Shown here piece by piece: positions 47,156 to 57,658 of a stretch of 64,000 nucleotides of DNA (its first letter is position 1; each line of letters starts with the position of its first letter). The stretch is from an uncultured bacterium (GTDB lineage: Bacteria > Bacteroidota > Bacteroidia > Chitinophagales > Chitinophagaceae). A program made the translations under genes and the position numbers. The stretch spans positions 730-64,729 of the forward strand of contig CBFGNI010000001.1 of the NCBI GenBank assembly GCA_965650105.1, read 5' to 3'. Below the pieces are notes generated by a model. The model made no database searches. It worked only from the letters and a program-made list of their open reading frames with translations, and was not told where the DNA came from.

Positions 47156-48019
47156 TTAGCGGCGGAAAAATGCAGGGCATTTAGCTTGCCAGTATTCTTT
47201 TACATTACCAAACGCTTTCAGGTAGATGCCCACAGACAGGCCGGCATACATATACCAGTCGTTTGCTTTGCTATCGCCGCGCTGGAAGTTCTTATTAGGA
47301 TAGTTGCCATCCCAGGTGTTGCGCTCATCGCCACGGAAGGACAGATCGAAAGCCTGGCGGCTACGGTAAGCTATCAGTGTATCGCGGTCAACAAACGAAC
47401 GGCTTACGTCATCCAGGTAGTCGGTATTGGTATAGCGGAAGCCAACTTCGGTAGTTATCATCAGCGTTTTACCAACGAAGAACTTAAGACCACCACCTAT
47501 CGGGAAGGCTATATTAGTCAGTTTATATTCTTTACGATCCGGATATACAGGTATTCCCTGGCCTTCAGTGCTTAATGGGCGCAGATATACTTTTTCTCCT
47601 TTAAGCCCATCGGTATAAGGGTTGTAGTGGAAAACGGCGATACCACCGAATATATACGGGGTGATCTTCATCTTGTCCACATCTATTGGCAGGAAGTTGA
47701 TTTCCAGGCCGGCATGGGCTTCAAAAAGATTGCTTGAAAAGCGCAGGTTGCGGTTTTGTTTCACTACACTGCCCGAAAGGCTGTCTGCAGCGGTAATATT
47801 TGTATATGAAACCCCTAAACGTACGCCTAGATGCGGATTCATAAAATATTTATAAGTGATGCCACCCATTGGTCGGTTGGTGCGGCTATCAAAAACCTTA
47901 TCCTGAAGATCGCCATAATAGTTAGCCACGCCAGCCATCAAACCAATTTCGTGGTGAGGCATTTGTGCCTGTACGCATAGCGGCGCCAGCATTGCTAAGG
48001 AAAGTATAAATCGTTTCAA
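47156..48019 (-). CDS. Outer-membrane beta-barrel protein (DUF6089-like)
   Basis: It has a signal peptide (MKRFILSLAMLAPLCVQAQ), HEIGLMAGVANYYGDL, and alternating beta-strand patterns throughout. Confidence 0.7.
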   Translation of the reverse strand: MKRFILSLAMLAPLCVQAQMPHHEIGLMAGVANYYGDLQDKVFDSRTNRPMGGITYKYFMNPHLGVRLGVSYTNITAADSLSGSVVKQNRNLRFSSNLFEAHAGLEINFLPIDVDKMKITPYIFGGIAVFHYNPYTDGLKGEKVYLRPLSTEGQGIPVYPDRKEYKLTNIAFPIGGGLKFFVGKTLMITTEVGFRYTNTDYLDDVSRSFVDRDTLIAYRSRQAFDLSFRGDERNTWDGNYPNKNFQRGDSKANDWYMYAGLSVGIYLKAFGNVKEYWQAKCPAFFRR

Positions 48020-48161
48020 GGCCTTAAATTTTTGTTAATACACTCCGAAAGATAAAAACAATTTTTGAAAAACAAAACTGTTGTAGAAAAAGCTTTTAGC
48101 AGGTAATGTTATGGAACTCTATATATTATGCCGCGATATATTAACAGCAGCCTGAAAACCT

Positions 48162-48169
48162 TATTTTTG
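48162..48169 (+). promoter_or_regulatory. Possible -7 promoter box (TATTTTTG) for tyrS
   Basis: It matches the Bacteroidota TAnnTTTG consensus and lies 21 nt upstream of ATG 48191. Confidence 0.25.
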
Positions 48170-48190
48170 CCCACCTGATATTTTAAAGAG

Positions 48191-49468
48191 ATGAACCTGA
48201 TAAAGGAATTACAGGCAAGAAACCTGATACAAGATATAATGCCGGGTACGGAAGAACAACTGGAAAAGGAATTAACCTCCGGTTATGTGGGTTTCGACCC
48301 TACTGCTGAAAGCCTGCATGTGGGCAACCTGGTGCCTATTACATTACTGATGCGCCTGCAAAGGGCCGGGCACAAACCTTATGCACTGGTTGGTGGTGCT
48401 ACAGGTATGATAGGCGACCCTTCAGGTAAATCGGCTGAACGCAATTTGCTAAGCATGGAGATCATTGAGCGCAATTGCAATGGTATCCGCAAGCAACTGG
48501 AAAAATTCATAGACTTTAGCGAGGATAAGCCAAACGCCGCGGTGATGGTCAATAACTACGATTGGTTCAAAAATTTCTCGTTTCTTGATTTTATTCGCGA
48601 TACAGGTAAACATATCACGGTCAATTACATGTTGTCGAAAGATTCAGTACAAAAGCGACTGGAGACAGGCTTGTCTTTTACTGAGTTTACTTATCAGTTG
48701 ATACAGGGTTACGATTATTTCCATCTTAATAAACAGCACAACGTAAAGCTGCAAATGGGTGGTGCCGACCAGTGGGGTAATATTGTTACCGGTACCGAGC
48801 TGATACGCCGCAAAGGTGGCAGCGATGCATTTGCATTTACCTGCCCGCTGATGACCAAGAGCGATGGCAGCAAATTTGGTAAATCGGAAAGCGGTAATGT
48901 CTGGCTCGATCCTGAGTTGACTTCTCCTTACCAGTTTTACCAATTCTGGTTAAAGCAGGCTGATGATGATGCGGTAAGAGCAACGCTTACGTTCTCTTTC
49001 CGTCCGCTGGAAGAAATAAATGCATTAATAGAAGAACACAAAAGCGCTCCGCATTTACGTAAGCTGCAAAAGGCGCTTGCTGAAGAACTGACTACTTTAG
49101 TGCACAGTGCGGAAGATTTGACTTTTGCACAAAAAGCTTCGGATATATTATTCGGACAATCGGCCATAGAAACATTGCGCGAACTGAATGAGAAACAATT
49201 GCTGGAAGTAATGGATGGTGTGCCCCAGGTTACTGCAAGTAAAGATGCGCTGAACGAAGGTGTTGATTTTCTAACCTTCCTTGCCGATAGCAAAATATTT
49301 CCATCGAAAGGGGAAGCGCGTAAAATGGTACAAAATGGCGGTTTGAGTGTAAATAAGGAGAAAGTAGCAGGTATCGATTTTATGCTGAAGCAAGAGCATT
49401 TGCTGAACGACCGCTATATGCTGATACAAAAAGGCAAATCGAACTACACTTTAGCCATCTTTAATTAG
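48191..49468 (+). CDS. tyrS: Tyrosine--tRNA ligase
   Basis: It has the HIGH motif (LHVGNL), the KMSKS motif (KFGKS) and a C-terminal S4-like domain. Confidence 0.96.
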   Translation: MNLIKELQARNLIQDIMPGTEEQLEKELTSGYVGFDPTAESLHVGNLVPITLLMRLQRAGHKPYALVGGATGMIGDPSGKSAERNLLSMEIIERNCNGIRKQLEKFIDFSEDKPNAAVMVNNYDWFKNFSFLDFIRDTGKHITVNYMLSKDSVQKRLETGLSFTEFTYQLIQGYDYFHLNKQHNVKLQMGGADQWGNIVTGTELIRRKGGSDAFAFTCPLMTKSDGSKFGKSESGNVWLDPELTSPYQFYQFWLKQADDDAVRATLTFSFRPLEEINALIEEHKSAPHLRKLQKALAEELTTLVHSAEDLTFAQKASDILFGQSAIETLRELNEKQLLEVMDGVPQVTASKDALNEGVDFLTFLADSKIFPSKGEARKMVQNGGLSVNKEKVAGIDFMLKQEHLLNDRYMLIQKGKSNYTLAIFN

Positions 49469-49507
49469 GTATTGCTTTAGTGGCTATTGTGTTACTTTTG
49501 AAATTGT

Positions 49508-49642
49508 ATGCCGGCGCGTTTTTTACGATATTTACTGATATGCTTAGCGGCTGTTGCTATTACGCTGCCCACTTTTTTCTGCAATAGCCCTGATAAAAGT
49601 GCAGAAGTGGAAGCTACGGGTTCGCCATGGCGCAACGTGTAA
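49508..49642 (+). other. 44-codon mini-ORF encoding a signal peptide, in the same frame as the downstream cytochrome ORF and separated from it by one TAA
   Basis: I translated it codon by codon: MPARFLRYLLICLAAVAITLPTFFCNSPDKSAEVEATGSPWRNV, then TAA at 49640-49642, then DTSVHYVGMQTCRTCH. Confidence 0.7.
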
Positions 49643-49651
49643 GATACCAGC

Positions 49652-51448
49652 GTGCATTATGTAGGTATGCAAACCTGCCGTACTTGTCACGAAGGCGTTT
49701 ATCAAACATTCATACAAACGGGAATGGGCCAGTCGTTCGACCATGCTACTCGTCAAAAATCGGTAGCGGAGTTTGGGCATGCACCTGTGTACGATAAGTC
49801 GCTCGACTTTTACTATAAGCCTTATATGCAGAACGACTCGCTGTACATAATGGAGTTCAGGGTAGAGGCAGGCGATACCACACATAAGAAAATACAAAAG
49901 ATAGACTACATAGTAGGCTCAGGGCAGCATACCAATTCCAACATCTTTAATGTAAACGGTTATTTCTACCAAGCGCCAATTACCTATTATGCGCAAAAGA
50001 AACAATGGGACCTTGCGCCGGGTTTTGAGAATGGGCACAATACACGCTTCAACAGGCTGATAGAAATAGAATGTATGAGTTGCCATAACGGTTACCCTGA
50101 TTTTGTTGCTAACAGCCAGAATAAATACCTGAGCGTAAAAAACGGTATTGATTGCGAGCGCTGCCATGGGCCGGGTTCACTGCATGTGCAGGAAAAACAA
50201 TCGGGTAAAATAATTGATACATCGAAAGGACCTGATTACAGTATTGTTAATCCCAGAAGGTTATCAACAGAACTGCAAAACAACGTTTGCCAGCGCTGTC
50301 ACTTGCAGGGTATTGCTGTATTGAATGATGGGAAGACGTTCTTCGACTTCCGCCCTGGTATGCATTTATCGGAAGTTATGAATGTATTTATGCCTGAGTA
50401 TGAAGGTGCACGCGATAAAATGATCATGGCGTCGCATGTAGAGCGGATGAAAAAGAGTGAGTGTTTTGTAAGCTCGGGTAAGATGAGCTGTATTACCTGC
50501 CACAACCCGCACGTGAGTGTAAAGTTTACACCAAGAGCACAATACCTGAATGCTTGTCAAAGTTGCCATGGCGCAGCACAACAAGTGCATTGCAGCGAGG
50601 ATATAAAAGTACGTGCTACAAAGAATGATGATTGTGTAACCTGCCACATGCCGCATAATGGTAGTATTGATATACCACACGTAGCGGTTACCGACCACTA
50701 CATACGCAAGCGGCCAATGAGTGATACGCTGGAAAAAAAGATAACAGCGTTCTTAGGATTGAAATGTTTCAATAACGATAGTGTAGATGCTATAACTACT
50801 GCGCGGGCATATATGGAATTTTACGAACGCTATAATCCGAATAATGGGTTGATAGATTCTGCGCTCTGGTACTTAGGTAAGCAACCGGATATAGAAGCCA
50901 GTCAAAAACAAAACAGGGACTACGTGCGTGCTTACTTTCTGCTGAATAACTACAGTAAAGTTGTGCAGTACGCGCAGCAGCTACAGCCGCAAAACATGCA
51001 GGATGCCTGGGCTTGTTACCGAATAGGTGAAGCATACTACCAATTGCAGCAAGTGGAGAAAGCTGTGCCCTGGTATAAAAGGGCTATAGAAATATTGCCT
51101 TATTCGCTCGACTTTCAAACTAAATATGGTACTAGTTTACTGGCTACAGGTAATTTAGCAGAAGCGCAAAAAGTATTTAATTTTGTGGTGAACGAAAATC
51201 CTGATTACCAGGTTGCAAGCAATAACCTGGGTTTCATTTATATGCAACAGGGCAATAGCACTATGAGTTATGACTACCTACGCAAAGCATTAGCTGCCGA
51301 CCCGGACCATGAGCAGACCTTGATAAATATGGCGGTATGGTATCATAACAATGGCAACAATGATCTTGCACAAAGAACATTGAAACACCTGATTAAAAAG
51401 CATCCTGCCAATAAACAGGCAAAAGCTATGCTGTTGGATCTGCCGTAA
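49652..51448 (+). CDS. Multiheme (7 x CXXCH) c-type cytochrome with C-terminal TPR repeats; apparently detached from its signal peptide
   Basis: The heme motifs are CRTCH, CMSCH, CERCH, CQRCH, CITCH, CQSCH and CVTCH. The C-terminal roughly 200 aa are TPR-like. The ORF as listed (GTG start) has no export signal. Confidence 0.8.
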   Translation: MHYVGMQTCRTCHEGVYQTFIQTGMGQSFDHATRQKSVAEFGHAPVYDKSLDFYYKPYMQNDSLYIMEFRVEAGDTTHKKIQKIDYIVGSGQHTNSNIFNVNGYFYQAPITYYAQKKQWDLAPGFENGHNTRFNRLIEIECMSCHNGYPDFVANSQNKYLSVKNGIDCERCHGPGSLHVQEKQSGKIIDTSKGPDYSIVNPRRLSTELQNNVCQRCHLQGIAVLNDGKTFFDFRPGMHLSEVMNVFMPEYEGARDKMIMASHVERMKKSECFVSSGKMSCITCHNPHVSVKFTPRAQYLNACQSCHGAAQQVHCSEDIKVRATKNDDCVTCHMPHNGSIDIPHVAVTDHYIRKRPMSDTLEKKITAFLGLKCFNNDSVDAITTARAYMEFYERYNPNNGLIDSALWYLGKQPDIEASQKQNRDYVRAYFLLNNYSKVVQYAQQLQPQNMQDAWACYRIGEAYYQLQQVEKAVPWYKRAIEILPYSLDFQTKYGTSLLATGNLAEAQKVFNFVVNENPDYQVASNNLGFIYMQQGNSTMSYDYLRKALAADPDHEQTLINMAVWYHNNGNNDLAQRTLKHLIKKHPANKQAKAMLLDLP

Positions 51449-51528
51449 TATCATCACTAAATAAATATGGTGACATCTATTTGATGAGTGAAATGGGGAC
51501 TATATATTGTGCTCATTATAAACTCTAT

Positions 51529-52137
51529 ATGATGAAGAAAATAATTTTGGTGCTAGCCGTTTTTGCAATAAGTACCACTGGTTTTGCGCAGCAAATGACG
51601 AGGCAAAAAAATAGCACAATGGTATCTTGTCCAAAAGCCTACCTGGGTGTAAGCACAGGTTTGGAAAACCAGGCGGGTTTAATAGGCTTTATAGTAGATG
51701 TGCCCATTGTAAGCCAGGTGTCAGTTGGTGGTGGTGTAGGTATCAGCAGCTGGGGTACTAAGCTATATGCTGAAGGAAGGTATTATTTTAAGCCATGTCA
51801 GCGTGGTTGGGCAATTGGAGCGGGTGTTTCGCATAATACAGGGTTAACGAATTTTACAACTGATCTGCCATCGAACACAGGCGGAAATACAAGCACCACG
51901 CTTGATTTTGAACCTGTAACTAATGGGTTTATTGCAGGATATCATTTCTTCAATTTAGGCAGGCGTGGGCATCGTTTCTATTTACAGGCAGGTTATTCAT
52001 TCAGGTTTAGCGATGATAATTACAAAGTGCTGTATGGCGGGCCATTAAGTGCAGATGCCCGTAAAGTACTTGACATATTGCAACCGGGAGGTTTAATGCT
52101 GGCACTAGGTTTTTCGTTTGGTGTAGGAGGCAGATAA
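51529..52137 (+). CDS. Small outer-membrane beta-barrel-like protein, unknown function
   Basis: Starting at ATG 51529 gives the signal peptide MMKKIILVLAVFAISTTGFAQQ. It has Gly/aromatic-rich alternating strands and ends LALGFSFGVGGR. Confidence 0.6.
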   Translation: MMKKIILVLAVFAISTTGFAQQMTRQKNSTMVSCPKAYLGVSTGLENQAGLIGFIVDVPIVSQVSVGGGVGISSWGTKLYAEGRYYFKPCQRGWAIGAGVSHNTGLTNFTTDLPSNTGGNTSTTLDFEPVTNGFIAGYHFFNLGRRGHRFYLQAGYSFRFSDDNYKVLYGGPLSADARKVLDILQPGGLMLALGFSFGVGGR

Positions 52138-52154
52138 AAAGCAAATCATTCTAA

Positions 52155-52192
52155 CAAAAAGCCATGCATTTTTTGAATGCATGACTTTTTTT
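52155..52192. terminator. Bidirectional terminator between convergent genes
   Basis: CATGCATT (52163-52170) pairs with AATGCATG (52176-52183). It is flanked by an A-run and a T-run. Confidence 0.75.
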
Positions 52193-52211
52193 ATCGTACC
52201 GTAATGAGTTA

Positions 52212-52817
52212 TTATACTAAAGCTGCTTTGTAGCGCATTTCAACTTCATTCCAGTTGATAACGTTCCAGATAGCGGATAAATAATCAGGACGTTTGTTTT
52301 GATATTTCAGGTAATAAGCATGCTCCCATACATCGATACCTAAGATCGGGTGGCCGTTTACATCTGCAACATCCATCAATGGATTGTCCTGGTTAGGTGT
52401 AGAGGTTACTTCCAGCTTGCCGTCCTTAACTATCAGCCATGCCCAGCCACTACCAAAACGAGTGGCACCCGCCGTATTCATTTTTTCTTTAAGTGCATCA
52501 AGAGAGCCAAAAGCATCGTTGATAGCTTTGGCCAGCTCGCCTGAAGGTGAGCCACCGTTAGGGCCTAAAACCGTCCAGAATAAAGTATGGTTGTAATGGC
52601 CGCCACCATTGTTGCGTACTGCCGCAGGGTAAGCAGATATATTAGCCATCAGTTCTTCAAGAGTTTTGTTTTCATGCTCGGTGCCAGCCAAAGCCTTGTT
52701 CAGGTTGTCAACATAAGCCTGGTGATGTTTGTCATGGTGTATTTCCATAGTTCGGGCATCAATATGTGGTTCCAGTGCATCGAAAGCGTATGGTAACGCC
52801 GGAAGAGAATGTGTCAT
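52212..52817 (-). CDS. Fe/Mn-family superoxide dismutase
   Basis: It has [22 protein letters not shown] and the signature DVWEHAYYL. Confidence 0.96.
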   Translation of the reverse strand: MTHSLPALPYAFDALEPHIDARTMEIHHDKHHQAYVDNLNKALAGTEHENKTLEELMANISAYPAAVRNNGGGHYNHTLFWTVLGPNGGSPSGELAKAINDAFGSLDALKEKMNTAGATRFGSGWAWLIVKDGKLEVTSTPNQDNPLMDVADVNGHPILGIDVWEHAYYLKYQNKRPDYLSAIWNVINWNEVEMRYKAALV

Positions 52818-53120
52818 AGTTTTAATAATGTTTGGTTCGTCAATTACTCAAAGGTAACGGAGGGCAGCCTAAAGCTCCAAATACTGTTATAGGAATTATA
52901 AATAATTAAAATAACCCTTTTAGGGGAGGCATAATTATTATGTAATAATGTTTTCTGTTTAGAACTAGCTATCAATGATGTTTTTATAATAATGGGTAAA
53001 CTTTACTCATATTGCATAGTCTAAACATAGGCCGGAATAGTTGGATATTGGATTTTTGTGTTATGTGTATGGTTGGTGCTGAATATTTTAAAGCACTGCG
53101 GGTGTATATTTGACGGGCTT

Positions 53121-53128
53121 TATTTTTG
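53121..53128 (+). promoter_or_regulatory. Possible -7 promoter box (TATTTTTG) for the RND gene
   Basis: It matches TAnnTTTG and lies 11 nt upstream of ATG 53140. Confidence 0.25.
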
Positions 53129-53139
53129 AAATATACTGC

Positions 53140-56100
53140 ATGAGTTTACCTTCGTTATCGCTACGCCGGCCTGTTTTAGCCATAGTACTTAATATCATTA
53201 TTGTCATATTTGGTATCATCGGGTTCAATTTTCTAGGTATCCGCGATTATCCATCTATCGATCCGCCGATCATCAATGTAAGAACATCGTATGCAGGTGC
53301 CAACCCTGATATTATAGAAAACCAGATAACAGAACCGCTTGAAAAGTCGATAAACGGTATAGCAGGCATCAAAACGATATCGTCCACAAGTGCACAAGGT
53401 AGCAGCAATATTACAGTAGAATTCGACCTGAGTATAGATCTTGAGGCAGCTGCCAATGATGTACGCGATAAAGTTTCACAGGCAGTAAGAAGTCTTCCGC
53501 AGGATATTGATGCCCCGCCTGTGGTATCGAAAGCAGATGCAAATGCACAGCCCATACTTTCCATGACCGTGCAGAGCGATACCAAGAACCAACTGGAGCT
53601 AACGGAATATGCAGAAAATGTATTGGTAGAACGCCTGCAAACCATACCCGGAGTAAGCAGCATACGTATATGGGGCGAAAAACGCTATGCTATGCGCCTG
53701 TGGCTAGATCCCGTTGCCATGGCAGGCTATGGCATTACCTTCCTGGATATACAGGATGCACTTGCCAAACAAAATGTGGAGTTACCGGCAGGTAAGATTG
53801 CCGGCACCAATACCGAGCTTTCTGTAAGGACATTTGGCCGCCTTTATACAGAAGAAGACTTCAACAACCTGATAGTTAAAAACATTAACGGAAGTGATAT
53901 TTATTTAAAAAACGTAGGTGAGGCTGTACTTGGGCCTGAAAATGAAGAAAGCGTTTTGAAAGAAAGCGCGGTACCAATGATAGCCCTTGCGGTAACACCG
54001 CAACCGGGTTCGAATTATGTAGCCATATCGGATGAGTTTTATAAACGGTATGATGAATTAAAGAAAGATATTCCCGCCGATTTTAAATTAAATATTGCCC
54101 TTGATACAACCGCATTTATTAAAAAATCTATTTCAGAGGTAGAAGAGACCTTACTTGTATCATTTGCACTGGTGATACTTATTATCTATCTCTTTTTCCG
54201 CGACTGGCTTATTGCCTTCCGTCCGTTGATAGATATACCAGTGAGTTTGATAGGCGCATTCTTTATAATGTATGCAATGGGTTTCACTATCAATATACTT
54301 ACCCTGCTGGCCATTGTACTGGCTACCGGGCTTGTGGTAGATGATGGTATAGTGGTGACGGAAAACATATTTAAGAAGATAGAAGCGGGTATGGAAAAGC
54401 ACCGCGCTGCAAAAGAGGGGAGCGAGGAAATATACTTTGCGGTTATCTCTACTTCTATTACGCTGGCAGTAGTGTTCCTGCCTATCGTATTCCTGCAAGG
54501 ATTTACAGGGCGGCTTTTCCGCGAGTTTGGTATTGTAGTAGCCGGTGCCGTATTGATCTCCGCATTTGTATCTCTATCGCTTACACCGGTACTGAATGTA
54601 CTGATGACCCGCAAGGTGCACAAGCCGTCTCGGTTCTATGTAAAATCTGAGCCTTTCTTCCAGGGGCTTGAAAATGGTTACAAGCGTGGACTGGTATGGA
54701 TAATGAAGCATAAATGGGTGGCCTTAACAGGCATGGTGGTGAGCTTTGCGTTGATATTTATAATAGGTAAAGGTCTGCAAAGTGAACTTGCCCCGCTTGA
54801 AGACCGGAGCCGCTTTCGTGCATTGGTGAGCGCACCCGAAGGTACGGCTTATGATGCCATGGACAATTATATGGATCAGCTGGTAGGGGTAATAGTGGAT
54901 TCGATACCTGAGAAAGAAGTGATACTATCGGTAACTGCGCCTAGTTTTTCAGGCTCGGGCGCTGTAAATACAGGTTTTATAAATGTACGGCTGAAAGAGC
55001 CCGGCGAGCGGGAACGCAGCCAGGAAGAAATAGTGCAGCAGGTAAACAGGAACTTCCAGAGGTACAACTTCGGGCGTGCATTTGCCATACAGGAACAAAC
55101 TATATCGGTACAGCGCGGGGGCAGTGCTTATCCTGTAGTGTATGTATTGCAAAACATCAACTTCGACAGGCTTGCAAAGGCACTACCCGTGTTTATGGAT
55201 GAAGTAAATAAGAGCCCTGTGTTTCAGGGTGCTGATGTTGATCTGAAGTTCAATAAGCCTGAGCTTACCGTGTCTATCGACAGGGCAAAAGCATCGCAAT
55301 TGGGTGTGTCGGTTGATGATGTATCGCGTACCATGCAACTGGCATTAAGTAATGGGCGCCTGGGATATTTTACTAAGAACGGTAAGCAGTACCAGGTACT
55401 GGGGCAGGTATTTCGTAAAGACAGGGATGCCCCCATTGCCCTGAATACATACTTTGTAAAAAACAACGCGGGCGAATTTATATCGCTGGATAACGTTATA
55501 AGTGTAGAAGAAACCACCAGCCCGTCGCAGATATATCACTATAACAGGTATAAGTCTGCAACTATATCGGCAGGCCTTGCTCCCGGCAAAACAATTGGCG
55601 ACGGTATCGCAGAGATGAACAGGATATATAATGACCTGATGAAGAAAAAAGTAGTGGATGAATCATTTTCTACTTCATTAGGTGGTGCATCAAAAGACTA
55701 TGAGGAAAGTTCATCGAATACATTGTTTGCATTTTTGCTGGCGCTGGTACTTATATATTTGATATTAGCAGCACAATTTGAAAGTTTCATTGATCCGCTT
55801 ATCATCATGTTCACAGTACCACTTGCCATAGCAGGCGCAGTATTGTCATTATGGTTATTTGGGCAAACACTGAATATCTTTTCTCAAATAGGTATGATCA
55901 TGCTGATAGGCCTTGTTACCAAGAATGGTATCCTTATAGTAGAATATGCCAACCATATACGCGATAAAGGCTCATCGAAAACGGAGGCGGCTATTTATGC
56001 AGCTTCTATGCGTTTGCGCCCTATACTTATGACCAGCCTGGCCATGATATTTGGCGCTTTACCGTTAGCTTTATCATTAGGCGCAGCATCTACCAGCCGC

Positions 56101-56238
56101 ATACCTTTAGGTGTAGTAATTGTTGGTGGTGTATTGTTTTCGTTGCTATTATCATTATTCATATTACCTGTTATTTACAGCCTCATGTCGCGCAGAAAAC
56201 AAACTGCGCCCACGGCTATTGATAAACTAACAGAATAA
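53140..56238 (+). CDS. RND-family efflux transporter permease (AcrB/HAE1-like)
   Basis: Start moved to ATG 53140 (MSLPSLSLRRPVLAIVLNIII). It is about 1032 aa with 12 transmembrane segments, two large periplasmic loops, and conserved VVDDGIVVTENI and LVTKNGILIVEYAN motifs. Confidence 0.93.
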   Translation: MSLPSLSLRRPVLAIVLNIIIVIFGIIGFNFLGIRDYPSIDPPIINVRTSYAGANPDIIENQITEPLEKSINGIAGIKTISSTSAQGSSNITVEFDLSIDLEAAANDVRDKVSQAVRSLPQDIDAPPVVSKADANAQPILSMTVQSDTKNQLELTEYAENVLVERLQTIPGVSSIRIWGEKRYAMRLWLDPVAMAGYGITFLDIQDALAKQNVELPAGKIAGTNTELSVRTFGRLYTEEDFNNLIVKNINGSDIYLKNVGEAVLGPENEESVLKESAVPMIALAVTPQPGSNYVAISDEFYKRYDELKKDIPADFKLNIALDTTAFIKKSISEVEETLLVSFALVILIIYLFFRDWLIAFRPLIDIPVSLIGAFFIMYAMGFTINILTLLAIVLATGLVVDDGIVVTENIFKKIEAGMEKHRAAKEGSEEIYFAVISTSITLAVVFLPIVFLQGFTGRLFREFGIVVAGAVLISAFVSLSLTPVLNVLMTRKVHKPSRFYVKSEPFFQGLENGYKRGLVWIMKHKWVALTGMVVSFALIFIIGKGLQSELAPLEDRSRFRALVSAPEGTAYDAMDNYMDQLVGVIVDSIPEKEVILSVTAPSFSGSGAVNTGFINVRLKEPGERERSQEEIVQQVNRNFQRYNFGRAFAIQEQTISVQRGGSAYPVVYVLQNINFDRLAKALPVFMDEVNKSPVFQGADVDLKFNKPELTVSIDRAKASQLGVSVDDVSRTMQLALSNGRLGYFTKNGKQYQVLGQVFRKDRDAPIALNTYFVKNNAGEFISLDNVISVEETTSPSQIYHYNRYKSATISAGLAPGKTIGDGIAEMNRIYNDLMKKKVVDESFSTSLGGASKDYEESSSNTLFAFLLALVLIYLILAAQFESFIDPLIIMFTVPLAIAGAVLSLWLFGQTLNIFSQIGMIMLIGLVTKNGILIVEYANHIRDKGSSKTEAAIYAASMRLRPILMTSLAMIFGALPLALSLGAASTSRIPLGVVIVGGVLFSLLLSLFILPVIYSLMSRRKQTAPTAIDKLTE

Positions 56239-56279
56239 GAGGAGAAAAAAATTTGAAAATGGTATAAGGCCGTATTTAT

Positions 56280-57584
56280 ATGAAAGTATTTTTTGGAGTT
56301 TTTATTGTTTTGTTGTTGTGTACGCATAGCCTTTTTGCGCAGGAAAGGTTGAGCCTGGATGATGCCATAGCAAAAGCGTTAGCGTATAATTATGATATCC
56401 GCATTGCGCAAACGGATGCAAAGTCTGCTGAGGTAAATAATACCGCAGGTAATGCAGGTATGCTGCCTAATATAAATGCCACCGGTGCTGTAACGGTAGG
56501 TAGCTCAAATACACATATTGAGTTTGCCGACGGCCGGATACAGGAGGTAAACAATGCGGGTTCATTTAATGCCAATGGGGCTGCCAATCTTAACTGGACA
56601 CTGTTCAATGGCGGGAAGATGTTTTTGCTTAAAAAGCGATTGAATGTATTAGAAGAAGCCGGTGCTATACAGTTGAAGGCACAGATACAGGCTACAATAG
56701 CGCAAGTGATACAGGCATACGCGCAGGTGGTTTGGCAAAAGCAACAAGGTGTGGCAATTGATACAGGGCTTGCATTGGCTAAAGTACGTATCGTGCTTAC
56801 ACAGTTGCAATATGAAAGCGGCTTGTCAGCTAAGGTTGATTTTTTACAGGCTCGTGTAGATTACAATGCCCGCCAATCAGATTCACTGACGCAGGTAGCA
56901 TCAGTAAATGCAAGTTATGCTACGCTTAACAGCTTAATGGGTATAGACCCATTTACTACCAGCTATGATGTAGATGACAGCCTAAGGATAAATATGGATC
57001 TGAAGCCGGAAGACCCCGAAAGGCTGGAAGATATAAACCTGTCTTTAGCATACGCAAAACGGACTGTAGAAGCATCGAAATTTGGTGAACGTGCCGAGCG
57101 TGCAGATTATTTTCCTGTTCTTGGCTTAAACGGCGGCTATAATTTTAATTATACCAAGAGCCAATCAGGTTTTTCTTTATTCAACCAGGGCTATGGCCCA
57201 ACAGGTGGACTGACATTGAGTGTTCCTATATTCAATGGTGGCAATATAAGACGCGAGGTAAAGCTTGCTTCGCTACAGGCGATGCGTGACCAACTTGCTT
57301 ATGATAAACAAACAAATGAAGTAAGCCGCCAATACCGTACTGCATGGCGCAATTATGAAACATCGGTTGCAGGCTACAGGCTTGAATCTCAGAATATACT
57401 TTATGCCAAAGAGAATAATGATATACAGGCAGCCCGCTTTCGTGCCGGCATTGCTACTACTATAGAAACGAGGGAAGCTGAAAATAGCTATGTGCAAGCG
57501 CTTGTACGTTTTTATACAGCGGTATATAATGTAAAAGTAAACGAGACACAGGTGCTGGAACTTGAAAATAAACTGGTGAAATAA
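56280..57584 (+). CDS. TolC-family outer-membrane efflux protein
   Basis: 434 aa with a signal peptide and a duplicated coiled-coil/beta pattern (LSLDDAIAKALAYNYDIRIA...). It lies directly downstream of the RND gene. Confidence 0.88.
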   Translation: MKVFFGVFIVLLLCTHSLFAQERLSLDDAIAKALAYNYDIRIAQTDAKSAEVNNTAGNAGMLPNINATGAVTVGSSNTHIEFADGRIQEVNNAGSFNANGAANLNWTLFNGGKMFLLKKRLNVLEEAGAIQLKAQIQATIAQVIQAYAQVVWQKQQGVAIDTGLALAKVRIVLTQLQYESGLSAKVDFLQARVDYNARQSDSLTQVASVNASYATLNSLMGIDPFTTSYDVDDSLRINMDLKPEDPERLEDINLSLAYAKRTVEASKFGERAERADYFPVLGLNGGYNFNYTKSQSGFSLFNQGYGPTGGLTLSVPIFNGGNIRREVKLASLQAMRDQLAYDKQTNEVSRQYRTAWRNYETSVAGYRLESQNILYAKENNDIQAARFRAGIATTIETREAENSYVQALVRFYTAVYNVKVNETQVLELENKLVK

Positions 57585-57595
57585 TATTTCGGATG

Positions 57596-57639
57596 ACGTA
57601 AAAAGAAAGGGCTTCAATTGAAGCCCTTTCTTTTTACGT
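57596..57639. terminator. Bidirectional terminator, 44-nt perfect palindrome
   Basis: ACGTAAAAAGAAAGGGCTTCAA | TTGAAGCCCTTTCTTTTTACGT. I checked every position pair by pair. Confidence 0.85.
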
Positions 57640-57658
57640 ATAAGTTTTATACAAGTAG

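Noticed and set aside
54006-54016. GGGTTCGAATT, a tRNA T-arm-like string
   Set aside because: It lies inside the RND permease CDS and has no acceptor or anticodon stem around it. I found no tRNA in the window.
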